A DNA stretch of 64,000 bases from Escherichia coli (GTDB taxonomy: Bacteria > Pseudomonadota > Gammaproteobacteria > Enterobacterales > Enterobacteriaceae): NCBI RefSeq assembly GCF_003334355.1, contig NZ_QOWP01000002.1, one strand, 5' to 3'. The notes under the pieces were generated by a model, which was not told the DNA's origin, did no database searches, and saw nothing but the letters and a program-made list of their open reading frames with translations. Made by a program: the position numbers and the translations under genes. This document shows, one piece after another, positions 1-10,416 of the stretch (position 1 is its first letter; each line of letters begins with the position of its first letter).

Positions 1-1
1 C

Positions 2-181
2 AAATCCAATGGCCGCTCTCTTAATTCAGAATTAGTTCATATAGTGACTGATGCTGTATCAAAGCCATCCAAAATTTCAGGCTATCGAGACGATGCGGAA
101 CGCATCGCTGATGAGCAGTCCGACCTTGTTAAGAAGATGGTGTTTGATACGCTGAAGGATTTGTACAAAAAAACCACCTGA
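2..181 (+). CDS. hypothetical protein, 3' fragment (ORF continues upstream of window)
   Basis: Open frame from window edge to TGA at 179-181 (…DAERIADEQSDLVKKMVFDTLKDLYKKTT*); no family recognised. Confidence 0.3.
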   Translation, partial: KSNGRSLNSELVHIVTDAVSKPSKISGYRDDAERIADEQSDLVKKMVFDTLKDLYKKTT

Positions 182-280
182 CGGTGAGTTAATTTTTGCA
201 TTTACCTGGGCCATATTGACTACTTATAAAATGAGATCAATATTTAATCGCCCAATAACGGGTGTATGTTGAGGTATATC

Positions 281-460
281 ATGGCGAAAAAACCAGGTGA
301 AAACACAGGGAAAAACGGCGGAATATACCAAGAAGTTGGCCCACGCGGCGGTAAGAAAGACAATTTTGCCACCGTCAAGGACAACGAAAGGCTTCCACCA
401 ACAACAAAGCCAGGTCATGGCTGGGTATTGGATAAGCGAACTCCAGACAGCAAAAAGTAA
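281..460 (+). CDS. small protein with YjzC-like signature (hypothetical)
   Basis: 59 aa from ATG 281 with GAGGT SD 6 nt upstream; pattern KPGE..G.Y.EVG..G…LPPT…G..W resembles YjzC-like small proteins; hairpin terminator follows. Confidence 0.45.
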   Translation: MAKKPGENTGKNGGIYQEVGPRGGKKDNFATVKDNERLPPTTKPGHGWVLDKRTPDSKK

Positions 461-466
461 TAATCA

Positions 467-489
467 AGCCGGGTCACTCCGGCTTTTTG
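467..489. terminator. hairpin AGCCGGGTCACTCCGGCT + T-run, between convergent genes
   Basis: GCCGG/CCGGC stem followed by TTTTT directly after stop at 460; overlaps stop of minus-strand gene. Confidence 0.4.
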
Positions 490-839
490 ATATGTCGCTC
501 GCAGAACTCAACAAGCCTGCTCATTAAGTAGCAGTAAGTCTCGTTGGCTCTTCCTGGTTCAACATCAACACCTACCCTTGAGCAGATATCGAATGCCATG
601 TGAGCGCACTCATGGGCAATAGTAGATAGTTTGCCATTGAACACGCCTATCACATGCAAAACACCATTCTCGCTACTCATTGTATGAGACGCTCCGTTGG
701 CGTCCGAGTCATGCACGTCAACGCCAAGTTTTTGATGCAGGCGTTGCCATTCTGGAAAGTCTCTACAAAACACAATTGTACCGCTCTCAAAGAGCGGAAC
801 GAGCATCTTTGGTACGTTTCCAATGTTAACTTTTTTCAT
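474..839 (-). CDS. HExxH-motif protein, putative small zinc metallopeptidase-like
   Basis: 121 aa ORF with protein-like composition and a single HECAH motif ([10 protein letters not shown]); weak SD (AGGA). Confidence 0.5.
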   Translation of the reverse strand: MKKVNIGNVPKMLVPLFESGTIVFCRDFPEWQRLHQKLGVDVHDSDANGASHTMSSENGVLHVIGVFNGKLSTIAHECAHMAFDICSRVGVDVEPGRANETYCYLMSRLVEFCERHIKKPE

Positions 840-869
840 GGTATCCTGCGTAAAACTAAGGAGGTTGGT

Positions 870-1364
870 GTGTCTGATTCTATGAGTTACGCTGTGCTAG
901 TTGCCGCAACTCTATTTCTGGGGATAGGGTTGCAGATTGCGTGGTTCTTTTTTTCTAGTTTTATTAAACGTAAAAGAATTGAATCAAGGATATCTGAGAT
1001 TTCTATTGCTATAGGGAAAAATGCTGAAAATCCAGAGAATGAGGCCTGCGCACTGAATTACCTTAAAGAAAAGTTTTCCCCTGAAAAATTTGAAAACAGA
1101 ATTACTGATGCTCTTGGATTGGTAATATCAGTAATTCATATGCCACTAAGTTTGCTGATAACAGTGTGGTACTTCGCCATGATCGCCGGAAGAATATTTG
1201 GTTTCATGAATATAGAGCCTGTAGTTCTTTGGGTTCCAATGATACTGCAATTGTTGTTAAGCGTTGCTATCTTTATTTTTTCTGTTTTTATAAAAATTGT
1301 CTTCGGAAGATACCCCGGAGAAGCGAAGGGATTTAATAAAGAATTCATAAAAACTATAAAATAA
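870..1364 (+). CDS. AT-rich 3-TM membrane protein (candidate superinfection-exclusion/cargo gene at sieA position)
   Basis: GTG 870 preceded by AAGGAGG (858-864); three hydrophobic helices; ~33% GC versus ~50% flanks; upstream in-frame extension to 654 looks non-coding. Confidence 0.5.
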   Translation: MSDSMSYAVLVAATLFLGIGLQIAWFFFSSFIKRKRIESRISEISIAIGKNAENPENEACALNYLKEKFSPEKFENRITDALGLVISVIHMPLSLLITVWYFAMIAGRIFGFMNIEPVVLWVPMILQLLLSVAIFIFSVFIKIVFGRYPGEAKGFNKEFIKTIK

Positions 1365-1386
1365 ATGCCGTCCTTGGCTTACAGTG

Positions 1387-3261
1387 CTACTGCCGGGTAG
1401 CTTCGTTAACTAAGAGCGGGCGCACGGCAGTAGCCGCCTGATTTAGCGCTCTTTCATAAGCTGGCGTTCCAGCTTTAGTGTTTGCCAGACGTAAGAGCGC
1501 ATTCCTTGCTGCTTTGGATTCATACAAGCGCATCATTGCACCGAAACCAGCCTCAAGCCCCATTGATACGCCAAGAGTCGTAGTTGCGCCAATCGTCCTT
1601 ATCCTGTTGGCTTGCGATTGCCCCGTCTGAGTTACTACATTTGCGGTGTCTGATCTTGCTGTTTGCTGTAGAACTTCATGAAGAGCATCAAGTTCTTTCA
1701 TGTGCTTTCCAGAAAAAATAGCGTTGTAAATTTCACCGCCTGACTGAGATTTCAGCTTATTAACTTCCGTGATGAACTTGGCTGGAGAGTCACCGGCCTT
1801 TTCCGCTATTTTGCTGACGTAAGCTGCACGCATAGCATCTTTCCCTTTATCATCCAATGCGCTCCAGATTCGTTTCACGTCAGATGGTTTTCTGCTTAAT
1901 ACAACAGTATTTATAAGTTCAGGACTGGCTTCACTGCTTGCCTTGTTGAGCTTGTTAGCAATGTTTTTATTAAGCACCTTATTATAAACGTTTGCATAAT
2001 CGGAATTTGCTTTAAGGTATTTTGCTGCGTCTGAAGCACCGAGGTTTTTAGCAACTGCGTTACGAAGGTCTTTTGACATTGCATTCTCTACCATATTGGT
2101 AGCTGCTTTTGCCTGGTTGGGGAAGACCATGGCATCTCCCTGAACATTAGATCTAAATGCTGTTCTGTGCTGGCGCAAGAGATCAAACGTAACATCCAAA
2201 TCAGTTGCAGGGTTTGCTAATTCTTCACGTAGGTTACGCAAGGATGTAAGCAGGCTTTGATTGGCAGAAGTCCCAAGCCGTTCCTGTCTTGCGATCGCTG
2301 TATTCAGAGCATTCATGGTATTTGTGGTATCAACTGCGGCATTACCCATTTTATTGGTGACGTCATTGATAACAGCGCCAGCGGCATCCTTCCGTCCCCT
2401 TAACGTGGTGGTCAGAGATTTCACCACATCATCAGGGTTGTACTCACCAAAACGGTCAAAATAATTGCTTACCAGCTTACTACGCGTTGCATATTGCTCC
2501 GCTCGCTTTGAGCCTGTCCCGAGCAAAGCCCCCTCAGCATCCTGAGTAAGTCCGCGAGTGAAAGCATTTTTCGGCGGGATAACATCAGATGTCATTGGTG
2601 TCACGCCCATCGATTCTGATGTGGCAATTTTCTTTGCCACTTCTGGCGCAATATCACCTTTTATAGCCGTTATTCCACGCCCTATTCCCTTTGCTGCTGC
2701 GGAAAGAACCCCCTGAGCGGCAAGGTTAACTCCGGCATTTTTAGTTGCATTTTGTGCGAAATCGCCTTTCTGATTTGCGGCCTCTGCCAGTGATCCAATA
2801 GCCATGCTTCCTGCCGTTCCAACTCCTGGAACTAAATACCCGCCAATTGTTTCACCAGCTTGAGCGTAGGGGTCTGTCGGTCGATCGACTGGACGATAAA
2901 CATCATCCAAAACCTTGGGGCCACCAAGCCCCTGGCTGATTGCATTAATCAGGCTTGCGCCGCCCTGTAATACGTCGAATGGTATGTTTACCAGACCACG
3001 ACCAGCCTGCTCTGCAATTTGCCCTGCACTTTGACCACCTGTGAGCCAATCACCAGCTTGTTGCATCAATGATGGTTCTTCTTTCTGCTGCTGAGGCGGA
3101 GGGTATGCTGCATAAAACTGATCTCTTGCTTCAGCCCATTTGTCACCAGCCTTAGGGGCAACAACCTCATCAAAATATTGCGCTTGAGCCTGTGCTTTCT
3201 GTTCTTCAGTTAACGCCTGATACTGTGGAGAGGCGATAACATCTTTCCATGCTTTAGCCAT
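1387..3261 (-). CDS. ejection/internal virion protein, P22 gp16-like
   Basis: 624 aa, Ala/Gly/Gln-rich, last gene of late operon; size and position match P22 gp16 (609 aa). Confidence 0.7.
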   Translation of the reverse strand: MAKAWKDVIASPQYQALTEEQKAQAQAQYFDEVVAPKAGDKWAEARDQFYAAYPPPQQQKEEPSLMQQAGDWLTGGQSAGQIAEQAGRGLVNIPFDVLQGGASLINAISQGLGGPKVLDDVYRPVDRPTDPYAQAGETIGGYLVPGVGTAGSMAIGSLAEAANQKGDFAQNATKNAGVNLAAQGVLSAAAKGIGRGITAIKGDIAPEVAKKIATSESMGVTPMTSDVIPPKNAFTRGLTQDAEGALLGTGSKRAEQYATRSKLVSNYFDRFGEYNPDDVVKSLTTTLRGRKDAAGAVINDVTNKMGNAAVDTTNTMNALNTAIARQERLGTSANQSLLTSLRNLREELANPATDLDVTFDLLRQHRTAFRSNVQGDAMVFPNQAKAATNMVENAMSKDLRNAVAKNLGASDAAKYLKANSDYANVYNKVLNKNIANKLNKASSEASPELINTVVLSRKPSDVKRIWSALDDKGKDAMRAAYVSKIAEKAGDSPAKFITEVNKLKSQSGGEIYNAIFSGKHMKELDALHEVLQQTARSDTANVVTQTGQSQANRIRTIGATTTLGVSMGLEAGFGAMMRLYESKAARNALLRLANTKAGTPAYERALNQAATAVRPLLVNEATRQ

Positions 3262-4655
3262 TAATCACCCCATAGTGAAGAAAAGTTACTGCTGGCTGCT
3301 GGCTGTGATACCTGTGTAGGTTGAGATTGCTGCCGCTGAGATTTACCAACATTAACGTTATATTGTTGGTTGTAATTGTCGGTATATTGCTGAATGTCGC
3401 GCATTGATTGTTGCAGTGCTTCAGGGCTTGAGAAATCAACCTGTGGCATACCTTGAAAATACATCTTTGCTTCTGCAACGGTGTTGATACCGGATGCCCC
3501 CATGTCTCTGGCTGCTGCAATGCCCTGATTCTGCATCTTTCCTTGGATTCGCTGTGCAGCGTTGTATAGTTTCCTCTGATCACCACCAGATGCACGGCTA
3601 CGAATATCTGCACCAAGAGCAGGAGAACCTGAAGAGCCTGTAATGCCAGTCATGAAGCCAAGATCGTCAATTGATGCACCAGAAATTGCATCAAGATCTT
3701 TCTTCATTGCGTAATTCTGCGCGCTTGCTGCCGATGTAGCCGGAGCGGCAATAGAGCCAGCAGGGACGCGAACCATATTCCCCTCGTTGTCGATACCTTC
3801 GTAGAACGCATTAGCCCCAGCGCCGTGAAGCTTCCCGCCTACCGTTACAGTTCTGCCATCTGATAACTGAACTGTACGCTCATCATTCCCAGCGATTCCT
3901 CTTATTGACGCTCGCTTCATTGCCAAATCCTGACCTCGTCGCGCAGTAGAAGCAGATAAGTCCTGACCGCGCATCGTGATGTTCTGGCCTCGTGCTGTTA
4001 GTGCTTCTCCTGCCTGATTGCTGCGGATTGTCTCTGCCAGTCTTCCTCGGTCAATCTCACGACCAGCCATCTTGTCCTGAACATTGAAGTAATCAATTGG
4101 ACCAAGAGCAGCCATTCCAAGGTGATCAACAAACTCACCAAATCCTGAAGGGTTCTGCTGATACATCTGAGCAACGTTATTAGGGTCAACACCGACGCGA
4201 GTCAGTTCCTTGGCGTTGTTTTGCAGCCATGATTGCATTGCTTCTGGAGACGAGGCCGCAAGGCGTGCGCCAGCCGCTAAGGTGCCGATAGAATTGCGCT
4301 GGTCTTCGTCTGCCCACTTCATACCAGACTGAATCTTCTCTAATTGACCAGGATATTTGGCCATCAGATCTCGAACCTGCTGTCGATCACCTGATTGAAT
4401 AGCAGAAGCATAATCCTTTCTGAATGCCGCCTCTTGCTTCTGCTGATCATATTGCTGCAATCCTTGCATTGTGCTTGTTATTCCCTGCAGAGCCTGCAGA
4501 CCGATATTGTTGCGACCAAGCCTGGCATCCTCATTATTCTGACGAATGTAAGCCAGTGTCTCATTTACATCACTCGCCTTTGGCGCATTCTCATTTTGCG
4601 CACCAATTCCAGCCAGAAAACCACCGGAGTTGATGCTCTGTTGCCAAGTTGCCAC
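3261..4655 (-). CDS. ejection protein, P22 gp20-like
   Basis: 464 aa; synteny and size match P22 gp20 (471 aa). Confidence 0.7.
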   Translation of the reverse strand: MATWQQSINSGGFLAGIGAQNENAPKASDVNETLAYIRQNNEDARLGRNNIGLQALQGITSTMQGLQQYDQQKQEAAFRKDYASAIQSGDRQQVRDLMAKYPGQLEKIQSGMKWADEDQRNSIGTLAAGARLAASSPEAMQSWLQNNAKELTRVGVDPNNVAQMYQQNPSGFGEFVDHLGMAALGPIDYFNVQDKMAGREIDRGRLAETIRSNQAGEALTARGQNITMRGQDLSASTARRGQDLAMKRASIRGIAGNDERTVQLSDGRTVTVGGKLHGAGANAFYEGIDNEGNMVRVPAGSIAAPATSAASAQNYAMKKDLDAISGASIDDLGFMTGITGSSGSPALGADIRSRASGGDQRKLYNAAQRIQGKMQNQGIAAARDMGASGINTVAEAKMYFQGMPQVDFSSPEALQQSMRDIQQYTDNYNQQYNVNVGKSQRQQSQPTQVSQPAASSNFSSLWGD

Positions 4656-4667
4656 TGTTCACCTCCA

Positions 4668-5330
4668 TCAGTAAAGAAGAGAGCCGAGAGCACCTACACC
4701 TGCACCAATTGCCGCTCCCCATGGACCACCAACACTGCCACCAATAGCAGCACCGGAACCTATTCCACCAATCAATTTCTGACCTGTAGATGGTCGGTTG
4801 GCATTTGCTGCGACTGCTGCTGCCTGCTGTTGATACAACTGACTGGCATTGTTTGCATAGGTCTGCCCGGCGTTTGCCTGACCTGTAAGAGCACCAAGGC
4901 CGATATTTGCCAGATTGTTGTAGTTGTTCATCTGACCTGACAGCCAGTTTTGACCGAGTGTAGGTGCGATTGCTGCTAACTGGTTTCCTGTTGCTGTAGA
5001 GCCTAATCCACCCGTTGCCTCTGCTGCTGCCAGACTCTGATAGCGCGCCTGCCCTGCAAGGTCTTTATACTGCTGGGAGTTGTAATACTGGTTAAGCGCC
5101 TGACCTTGCCCCTGAAGAGAGGAAAGATTTTGCAACTGTGATACGTACTGCTGAGCGAGTGGCGTGAACGGTGCAAGGTTCTGCATGTTCGTTTGCCACA
5201 TTTCACGCTGCAATTCGATGCCCTTTTCAGTTGCGCGTGCCTGGGCTTTAGAGCCGGAGTCGCTGCCGCCTTTCATATACCCATTCATGGGAAGCAATTT
5301 ATTCTTGAAGCTTTCGCTAAGTACTAACAT
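4668..5330 (-). CDS. ejection protein, P22 gp7-like
   Basis: 220 aa, Gly/Ala/Gln-rich; synteny and size match P22 gp7 (229 aa). Confidence 0.65.
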   Translation of the reverse strand: MLVLSESFKNKLLPMNGYMKGGSDSGSKAQARATEKGIELQREMWQTNMQNLAPFTPLAQQYVSQLQNLSSLQGQGQALNQYYNSQQYKDLAGQARYQSLAAAEATGGLGSTATGNQLAAIAPTLGQNWLSGQMNNYNNLANIGLGALTGQANAGQTYANNASQLYQQQAAAVAANANRPSTGQKLIGGIGSGAAIGGSVGGPWGAAIGAGVGALGSLLY

Positions 5331-5784
5331 TTATTAGCTCCTCATATTTCGAACGAGGTAATTGATAGAGGGTGATTCCTACCGGTTTTCCGTTACTCAT
5401 GTACGCATCATCAAGGTGACCAACACGGGTAGCGCCAAGCAAACGGATAATTGCCCGTCCGTATTTGGTGGTGTCAGGAACCATGGTGATGCTGTTAAGG
5501 AATGGTGAGTTTTCGAGAAGCCATTTGCAGAATAATCGATGCCCTTGCAGTGCATATTCTCCACGGAATCCGGGGTCATACACCGCATGGCATTCAACAA
5601 CGCTATGCCAGAAGTTACGCACTTCATGAACTCCAGCCAGCACTAATCCTTCGTAGATGCCGAGATATACCGCATCAGGCTTGATGTAGTATTTGTCTCC
5701 ACTGTCTACGATATTTCCCGTGTTTGCCGGGTTGTTGAGGAATTCTGCAAGCTTCACCGGGTTATCGATGAGCTTTATGTGCAT
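5317..5784 (-). CDS. virion-associated protein, P22 gp14 position
   Basis: 155 aa ORF between needle and gp7-like genes; assignment by synteny only. Confidence 0.45.
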   Translation of the reverse strand: MHIKLIDNPVKLAEFLNNPANTGNIVDSGDKYYIKPDAVYLGIYEGLVLAGVHEVRNFWHSVVECHAVYDPGFRGEYALQGHRLFCKWLLENSPFLNSITMVPDTTKYGRAIIRLLGATRVGHLDDAYMSNGKPVGITLYQLPRSKYEELINVST

Positions 5785-6485
5785 TAGTTGATTAATCCAT
5801 GTGTTCGTAAGGCGTCTTCCAGTGCTTTGATGCGCTGCCGCGCCTGCTGTAAACCTGTAGCCATAGCGGAAACTTCAGACTGCGTATACGTGGTACTGAC
5901 CGTGTATGCCTGGTTAGCGTTGAATGCGCCGAGAAGTGCCGTTCCGGTTGCTGCTGTCCATCCTGTCTGACGAGCACCGATAACCTTGGTGCCGCCGACT
6001 GAATAGGATGTTGTTACGTTGAGGGGGGATGCCAGCGATTGTGTTGCTGTGGCTGTTTTCGATACGTAATCGTCCTGCAATGCAGAAATATTTCCTTCAG
6101 CCTCCGTCACTCTACCATCGAGAGCACTGACATCAGCCTGCAAGGTGACTATTTCACCTTCAGCCGTGGTTAGTCTGACATCCAGCGACGCGATTGCATT
6201 GGTATTTGCAGTAATACGGATTTCATGGTCGTCTACGTCGATGCGGAGCTGACGAATTCTTTCTTCGTGATCGACCAGAATCACATCCTGCTCATCGTTC
6301 CTGACCTGTGCATGATAAGCGCCCTGTCCGGCCTCGTTGGCCTTGTTAGCCACGTTACCAACATCAGCGCCCTGTGCGATAACGTACAGCAGATATGACT
6401 GCGAGAAGATATTGCGTGGAAGGATTGATGTATCGAGCCGTGTAGCTTGGATGATTACCGGCACATTGAGATTCGAATCAGCCAT
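5784..6485 (-). CDS. tail needle protein, P22 gp26 homolog
   Basis: N-terminus [25 protein letters not shown]… and C-terminus …RTHGLIN closely match P22 gp26; coiled-coil heptads. Confidence 0.85.
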   Translation of the reverse strand: MADSNLNVPVIIQATRLDTSILPRNIFSQSYLLYVIAQGADVGNVANKANEAGQGAYHAQVRNDEQDVILVDHEERIRQLRIDVDDHEIRITANTNAIASLDVRLTTAEGEIVTLQADVSALDGRVTEAEGNISALQDDYVSKTATATQSLASPLNVTTSYSVGGTKVIGARQTGWTAATGTALLGAFNANQAYTVSTTYTQSEVSAMATGLQQARQRIKALEDALRTHGLIN

Positions 6486-7023
6486 TAACATGCCTCCACG
6501 ATTTACCAGACTGGATATTGTGAATCACCGTCTGACTGACACAGTATTTTTTAGCAAGCTCTCTTTGATTAACTCCCTTTGATTTCTTTATTTCTATTAC
6601 TTGCTCATATGAGAGCTTTGAAATTGGATTATTTTCTCCTTTTAAAGCCGGAAACTTCACCCTGCCTTGAGATGAGCAATGCTTCATATTCTCCTTTTGA
6701 GTACACCACTCTAAATTAGAAGCATTATTATTTTTTCGGTTGTTATCTATGTGATTTATGAACGGCTTGCCTTCTGGATTGGGGACGAAAGCAAGAGCGA
6801 CAAGCCTATGCACAAGCCATTTTACTTTAACTCCATCAACACTAAGTGGCAAATATAGATAACCTTTATTATTCTCGTGTTGTTTTAGCCACCGACCCTT
6901 TCTGAGTTGCGTGCTGCCATGCGCAGCCTTAACAACACGTGAGTGAGAATATACTCGCCCATCCTCTGTTACGGCATATAAACCTTCATATCCAGGAATA
7001 TCTTTTGCGTTTTCACTCAACAT
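6478..7023 (-). CDS. free-standing HNH homing endonuclease (NUMOD4 + HNH_3 + C-terminal HTH)
   Basis: [17 protein letters not shown] (NUMOD4), HRLVALAF…[17 protein letters not shown] (HNH); AT-rich; inserted between gp10 and gp26 genes, 8-bp overlap with gp26 start. Confidence 0.8.
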   Translation of the reverse strand: MLSENAKDIPGYEGLYAVTEDGRVYSHSRVVKAAHGSTQLRKGRWLKQHENNKGYLYLPLSVDGVKVKWLVHRLVALAFVPNPEGKPFINHIDNNRKNNNASNLEWCTQKENMKHCSSQGRVKFPALKGENNPISKLSYEQVIEIKKSKGVNQRELAKKYCVSQTVIHNIQSGKSWRHVNG

Positions 7024-7044
7024 ATCTACTCCTTTAGTTTCGAT

Positions 7045-8463
7045 TTATGTTACACGAATAGAAAGGCCTGATAATGTAACAGGACCTTTTGCAATAACTC
7101 TGAATTTAAATCCAATGAGGCGTCTAACTCGACCAACTTTTCGCCATAAAACGCGATTGTCATATACAAATGGTTTTTGTAATACGACCATTTGCTCACG
7201 ACCGTAATTAATTCCATCTGTAGTTGCTGATATAAATATTCTATCTATTCTATCACACACGCCGCCAGATGTTTCTAATTCAAGGTCATTTATTAAAGCG
7301 TTATCTGCCTTTATTAGAGGGGAATATAAAATATGCTCTTGTTGTTTTTCGTATTGTGAAGATATATCGAACTGCAATTTCCCGGTCACGGATTCCAGCT
7401 TATCGCCGCACGTTATCTGATTGCCTTCGTAAATGAAGTCGATAGCGCGGTACACATCGTCATACAAGCCAGTTTTCAACACACACCATTGCGGACCATT
7501 GGCGCTTGAAGATGCGTCGTACACGAGAACATGGCGCGCAAGATGGATAATCAGCAACTCATGCGCATCAAATCGTAGAGACTCCATCACGCCATCAGCC
7601 AGTTCATCAGCAGTGTAGGAACGGAGGATTTTCTCAATGCTCGCGCTGGCGATTGGTGATACCTGACCGGAGCCGATGATGTACACAGACGGCGCACCTG
7701 TTGCCGGATTGCTGATGAACGCATACGAATCAGCAAACGGCGTTTTGCAGTAAGTTCCGGCGATGCCTTTTTGCACCATCAGTGATGGCTGTGCGACATA
7801 CAAAGCAGCACCAACGGTGGTTGCGCCAGTCAGGGAGAAATATTCAATCGTCGATGAACCAAAGCAGACGATGAAGTCTCGCCATGTGCCGATACCGATG
7901 ATGCCGTCCGGCTGCGACTCGGCACGATATTGTGCGCTGTAACGGTCAGGATGCGATTCGTCTTCAAGGTCAGTGATAAACCATGAATCAGTGCCGTCTT
8001 TTGACCACGCATAACGCCCACGCAAGCGCGTAATGTCACGAACCGAACCTAACTCATACTGAGTGAATCCGCTATCTGCAGGCCAGTTTGAGACGGTTTT
8101 AACCGTGCCATCATAGCGATACTCGACCAGCTGACCGTTAACACCTACCGCCTGTGATGTCCGACCATGCGCCATTGATACGCGACCGCTTCCGGCAACA
8201 TCACCGACTTCACTTTCTCCTTTGTACAGCTTGCCACCACACACGCGATAAACAGCACCCTGCGCCATGTTGTACTCGACGCCGCGAGATACACCGTTCA
8301 CATCAGAACGTTTGGCAATGCCCGGGAATGAGCGAAGATATCCGCTGCTGTTCAGGATTTCTTTGGGTGTGGCCAGCATATTCACTGGCAGATAGTCGAT
8401 ATAGTCGGCGTTTCGAAAGTCTTTGCCGACACCTTTCATAAGCGGAAGTTGCTGAATCGGCAT
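7045..8463 (-). CDS. tail hub protein, P22 gp10-like
   Basis: 472 aa, identical length to P22 gp10; position after gp4-like gene. Confidence 0.7.
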   Translation of the reverse strand: MPIQQLPLMKGVGKDFRNADYIDYLPVNMLATPKEILNSSGYLRSFPGIAKRSDVNGVSRGVEYNMAQGAVYRVCGGKLYKGESEVGDVAGSGRVSMAHGRTSQAVGVNGQLVEYRYDGTVKTVSNWPADSGFTQYELGSVRDITRLRGRYAWSKDGTDSWFITDLEDESHPDRYSAQYRAESQPDGIIGIGTWRDFIVCFGSSTIEYFSLTGATTVGAALYVAQPSLMVQKGIAGTYCKTPFADSYAFISNPATGAPSVYIIGSGQVSPIASASIEKILRSYTADELADGVMESLRFDAHELLIIHLARHVLVYDASSSANGPQWCVLKTGLYDDVYRAIDFIYEGNQITCGDKLESVTGKLQFDISSQYEKQQEHILYSPLIKADNALINDLELETSGGVCDRIDRIFISATTDGINYGREQMVVLQKPFVYDNRVLWRKVGRVRRLIGFKFRVIAKGPVTLSGLSIRVT

Positions 8464-8472
8464 TTATTCACC

Positions 8473-8934
8473 TCACGTACTCGGATCATCTTTCTCGATG
8501 TAAAACCGATTCCACGTAAACGCGCTTTTGTTACCACTACCGCGAGGCATGTCATTTCGCCGCTCAAGTGGTGGTATTTTGGTTAAAGCGATGCAAATTG
8601 TCTGGTATGCACTGTCAGCAGCGGTAAGGAGAGCGTCTGACGGCTGAATGACGTTATCCATGCACACTTGCACAGCGAGTTTCAAGGCGACGCCATCATT
8701 TGCCCATGCAGGGATACCTGAATCATCGTCAGGTAACGGCATGATGCCGTTTTCTGTATCAGCAAACTGATATCCAAGCTCGATACCTTTAGCCTGCCAT
8801 GCTGCCATCATGTCTTCGAGGTCATTAATGGCATCTTCAATTGCCTGAGGGTCAGCATCTGTCAACGTGGCATTGGAATACAGCCCGGCTTTTCGTAAAG
8901 CCTTAAGAACGAGATCACCCTTCGTTTTCGCCAT
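8473..8934 (-). CDS. head completion/tail adaptor, P22 gp4-like
   Basis: 153 aa directly downstream of coat gene; synteny. Confidence 0.6.
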   Translation of the reverse strand: MAKTKGDLVLKALRKAGLYSNATLTDADPQAIEDAINDLEDMMAAWQAKGIELGYQFADTENGIMPLPDDDSGIPAWANDGVALKLAVQVCMDNVIQPSDALLTAADSAYQTICIALTKIPPLERRNDMPRGSGNKSAFTWNRFYIEKDDPST

Positions 8935-9105
8935 CTTCTTCCGCCTTAGCCACTTTATGCTTCGTTGCGGTTTCTTCAGGAGTTTTTACCCAGCCTTTTT
9001 TCAGGTGAGATTTAACTTCTTCGTCATCAACAATGATGTAATCGACAGCAAACTGACCACAGGTGATCATGTTGCCCGGCTTATAGAGCATTGTTCGTGC
9101 CATTG
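8915..9105 (-). CDS. hypothetical small acidic protein
   Basis: 62 aa from ATG with GGGAGA SD; between coat and gp4-like genes. Confidence 0.3.
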
Positions 9106-9144
9106 TCTTCTCCCAATAAAAATGGGGCCGAAGCCCCACCAAAA

Positions 9145-10398
9145 TTACTGCCCGGCAATAACGATGCCCGTATATTCAGGAACAAGTACAGAGCAACCAT
9201 ACAGAGTGGTGAAACGAGCAGTAGTTACGCCTTTGATGTGGTCGAAGGCGTAAGACATGATCAGCGTAGCGCCCTGCTCGGTGGTTGCCGTCATTACCTG
9301 TGGACCCTGACCAGTTGGGAACGCCAGCTTGCCGTACATTAGTTCAACAGAACCATCAGCCCAGAACAGGTTAGCCGGTGCGGCATTTTTGTTGAGAATG
9401 GTGATTGCTGCGCTACTTGCCGCATTAGCATCAACGTTTGCATATGGTCGGCTGGCGACATCCGCGTTGTCAGGCGGCAGAATTTTCGGGGAGATAGTTA
9501 CTGTCGTTCCGCTTACTGCCAGAACGCGGAATACCTGCGGCTGCCCGGTGGTATCTTTGGTAATCTGGTGTACAGAATTCACCCCTGCGATGGTAAACGC
9601 ATCGCCAACCTGCAAACCTTCAGTAGATACCGTAATGGTCCCCTGTCGGTTATCCACTGGCATATCGTTAGCATCTTTCGCTTCAACCTTGTGCGCAGGT
9701 GCTGCTGCCAGCGTAATGGAAGTTGCTGTACCCTTCGGAACACGACCAGAAATATCGGTCTTGTAGCTATCAAAGGAAGCAACCGGAGGGATCTGCGCTT
9801 TTTCGTATGCTGTCAGGGTTGCGCCCTGAGCATAGGCACGGTGACCAAGCTCGCCAGCAAGATCTTTGTAGTTGAAGGGGTTCCAGAAAGAGCGACGGTT
9901 GATACCCTGAGGTACACCAATCGCCGTCATGGTGGCATCAATGCCTGCCGCACAGTTCCACAAATCACGGCCCTGTGAACCAGTGGTTGAGTCAGCCATT
10001 GTGATCACGTTAGTAGCACGCTGCGTGACCATGGAAATCAGGTCAGAGTCAATCTGTGCAGCAAGGCGCATACCTGCGGCGCGACCAGCTTCAGTTTTAT
10101 GTTCCGGGTCACGCATTTCACGCGCATCCAGAGTGTACAGAATGTTTTTCGGCTCCTTGAATACAGAAGGAACAAGGCGCTGAACCAGTGCTGTAGGCGT
10201 TTTTCCGCTGAGGTCGAGGCCTTCCTCAATGTTCATGTGGTAATGCTGCGGACGATACAGAACATCACCTGCTCGCTGCATTGCTGTATCACCTGGACGG
10301 AATTTTTTAGCGTTACGGGAAACTACGCAGGCGGCCTCAAAGCCTTCAACGTAGTTTTCGAACATGATTTCAAGGTCTTTTGCTAATTGGTTAGCCAT
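9145..10398 (-). CDS. major capsid (coat) protein, P22 gp5-like
   Basis: 417 aa following scaffold gene; size and synteny. Confidence 0.75.
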   Translation of the reverse strand: MANQLAKDLEIMFENYVEGFEAACVVSRNAKKFRPGDTAMQRAGDVLYRPQHYHMNIEEGLDLSGKTPTALVQRLVPSVFKEPKNILYTLDAREMRDPEHKTEAGRAAGMRLAAQIDSDLISMVTQRATNVITMADSTTGSQGRDLWNCAAGIDATMTAIGVPQGINRRSFWNPFNYKDLAGELGHRAYAQGATLTAYEKAQIPPVASFDSYKTDISGRVPKGTATSITLAAAPAHKVEAKDANDMPVDNRQGTITVSTEGLQVGDAFTIAGVNSVHQITKDTTGQPQVFRVLAVSGTTVTISPKILPPDNADVASRPYANVDANAASSAAITILNKNAAPANLFWADGSVELMYGKLAFPTGQGPQVMTATTEQGATLIMSYAFDHIKGVTTARFTTLYGCSVLVPEYTGIVIAGQ

Positions 10399-10416
10399 GC
10401 TTAATGCTCCGATAGG

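Noticed and set aside
654-1364. 236-aa ORF-track version of the membrane-protein gene starting at 654
   Set aside because: The upstream extension overlaps the HExxH gene on the opposite strand and translates to non-protein-like sequence; a strong SD precedes the in-frame GTG at 870.
4395-4940. 181-aa plus-strand ORF
   Set aside because: Antisense to the gp20-like and gp7-like genes; Cys/Leu-rich low-complexity translation.
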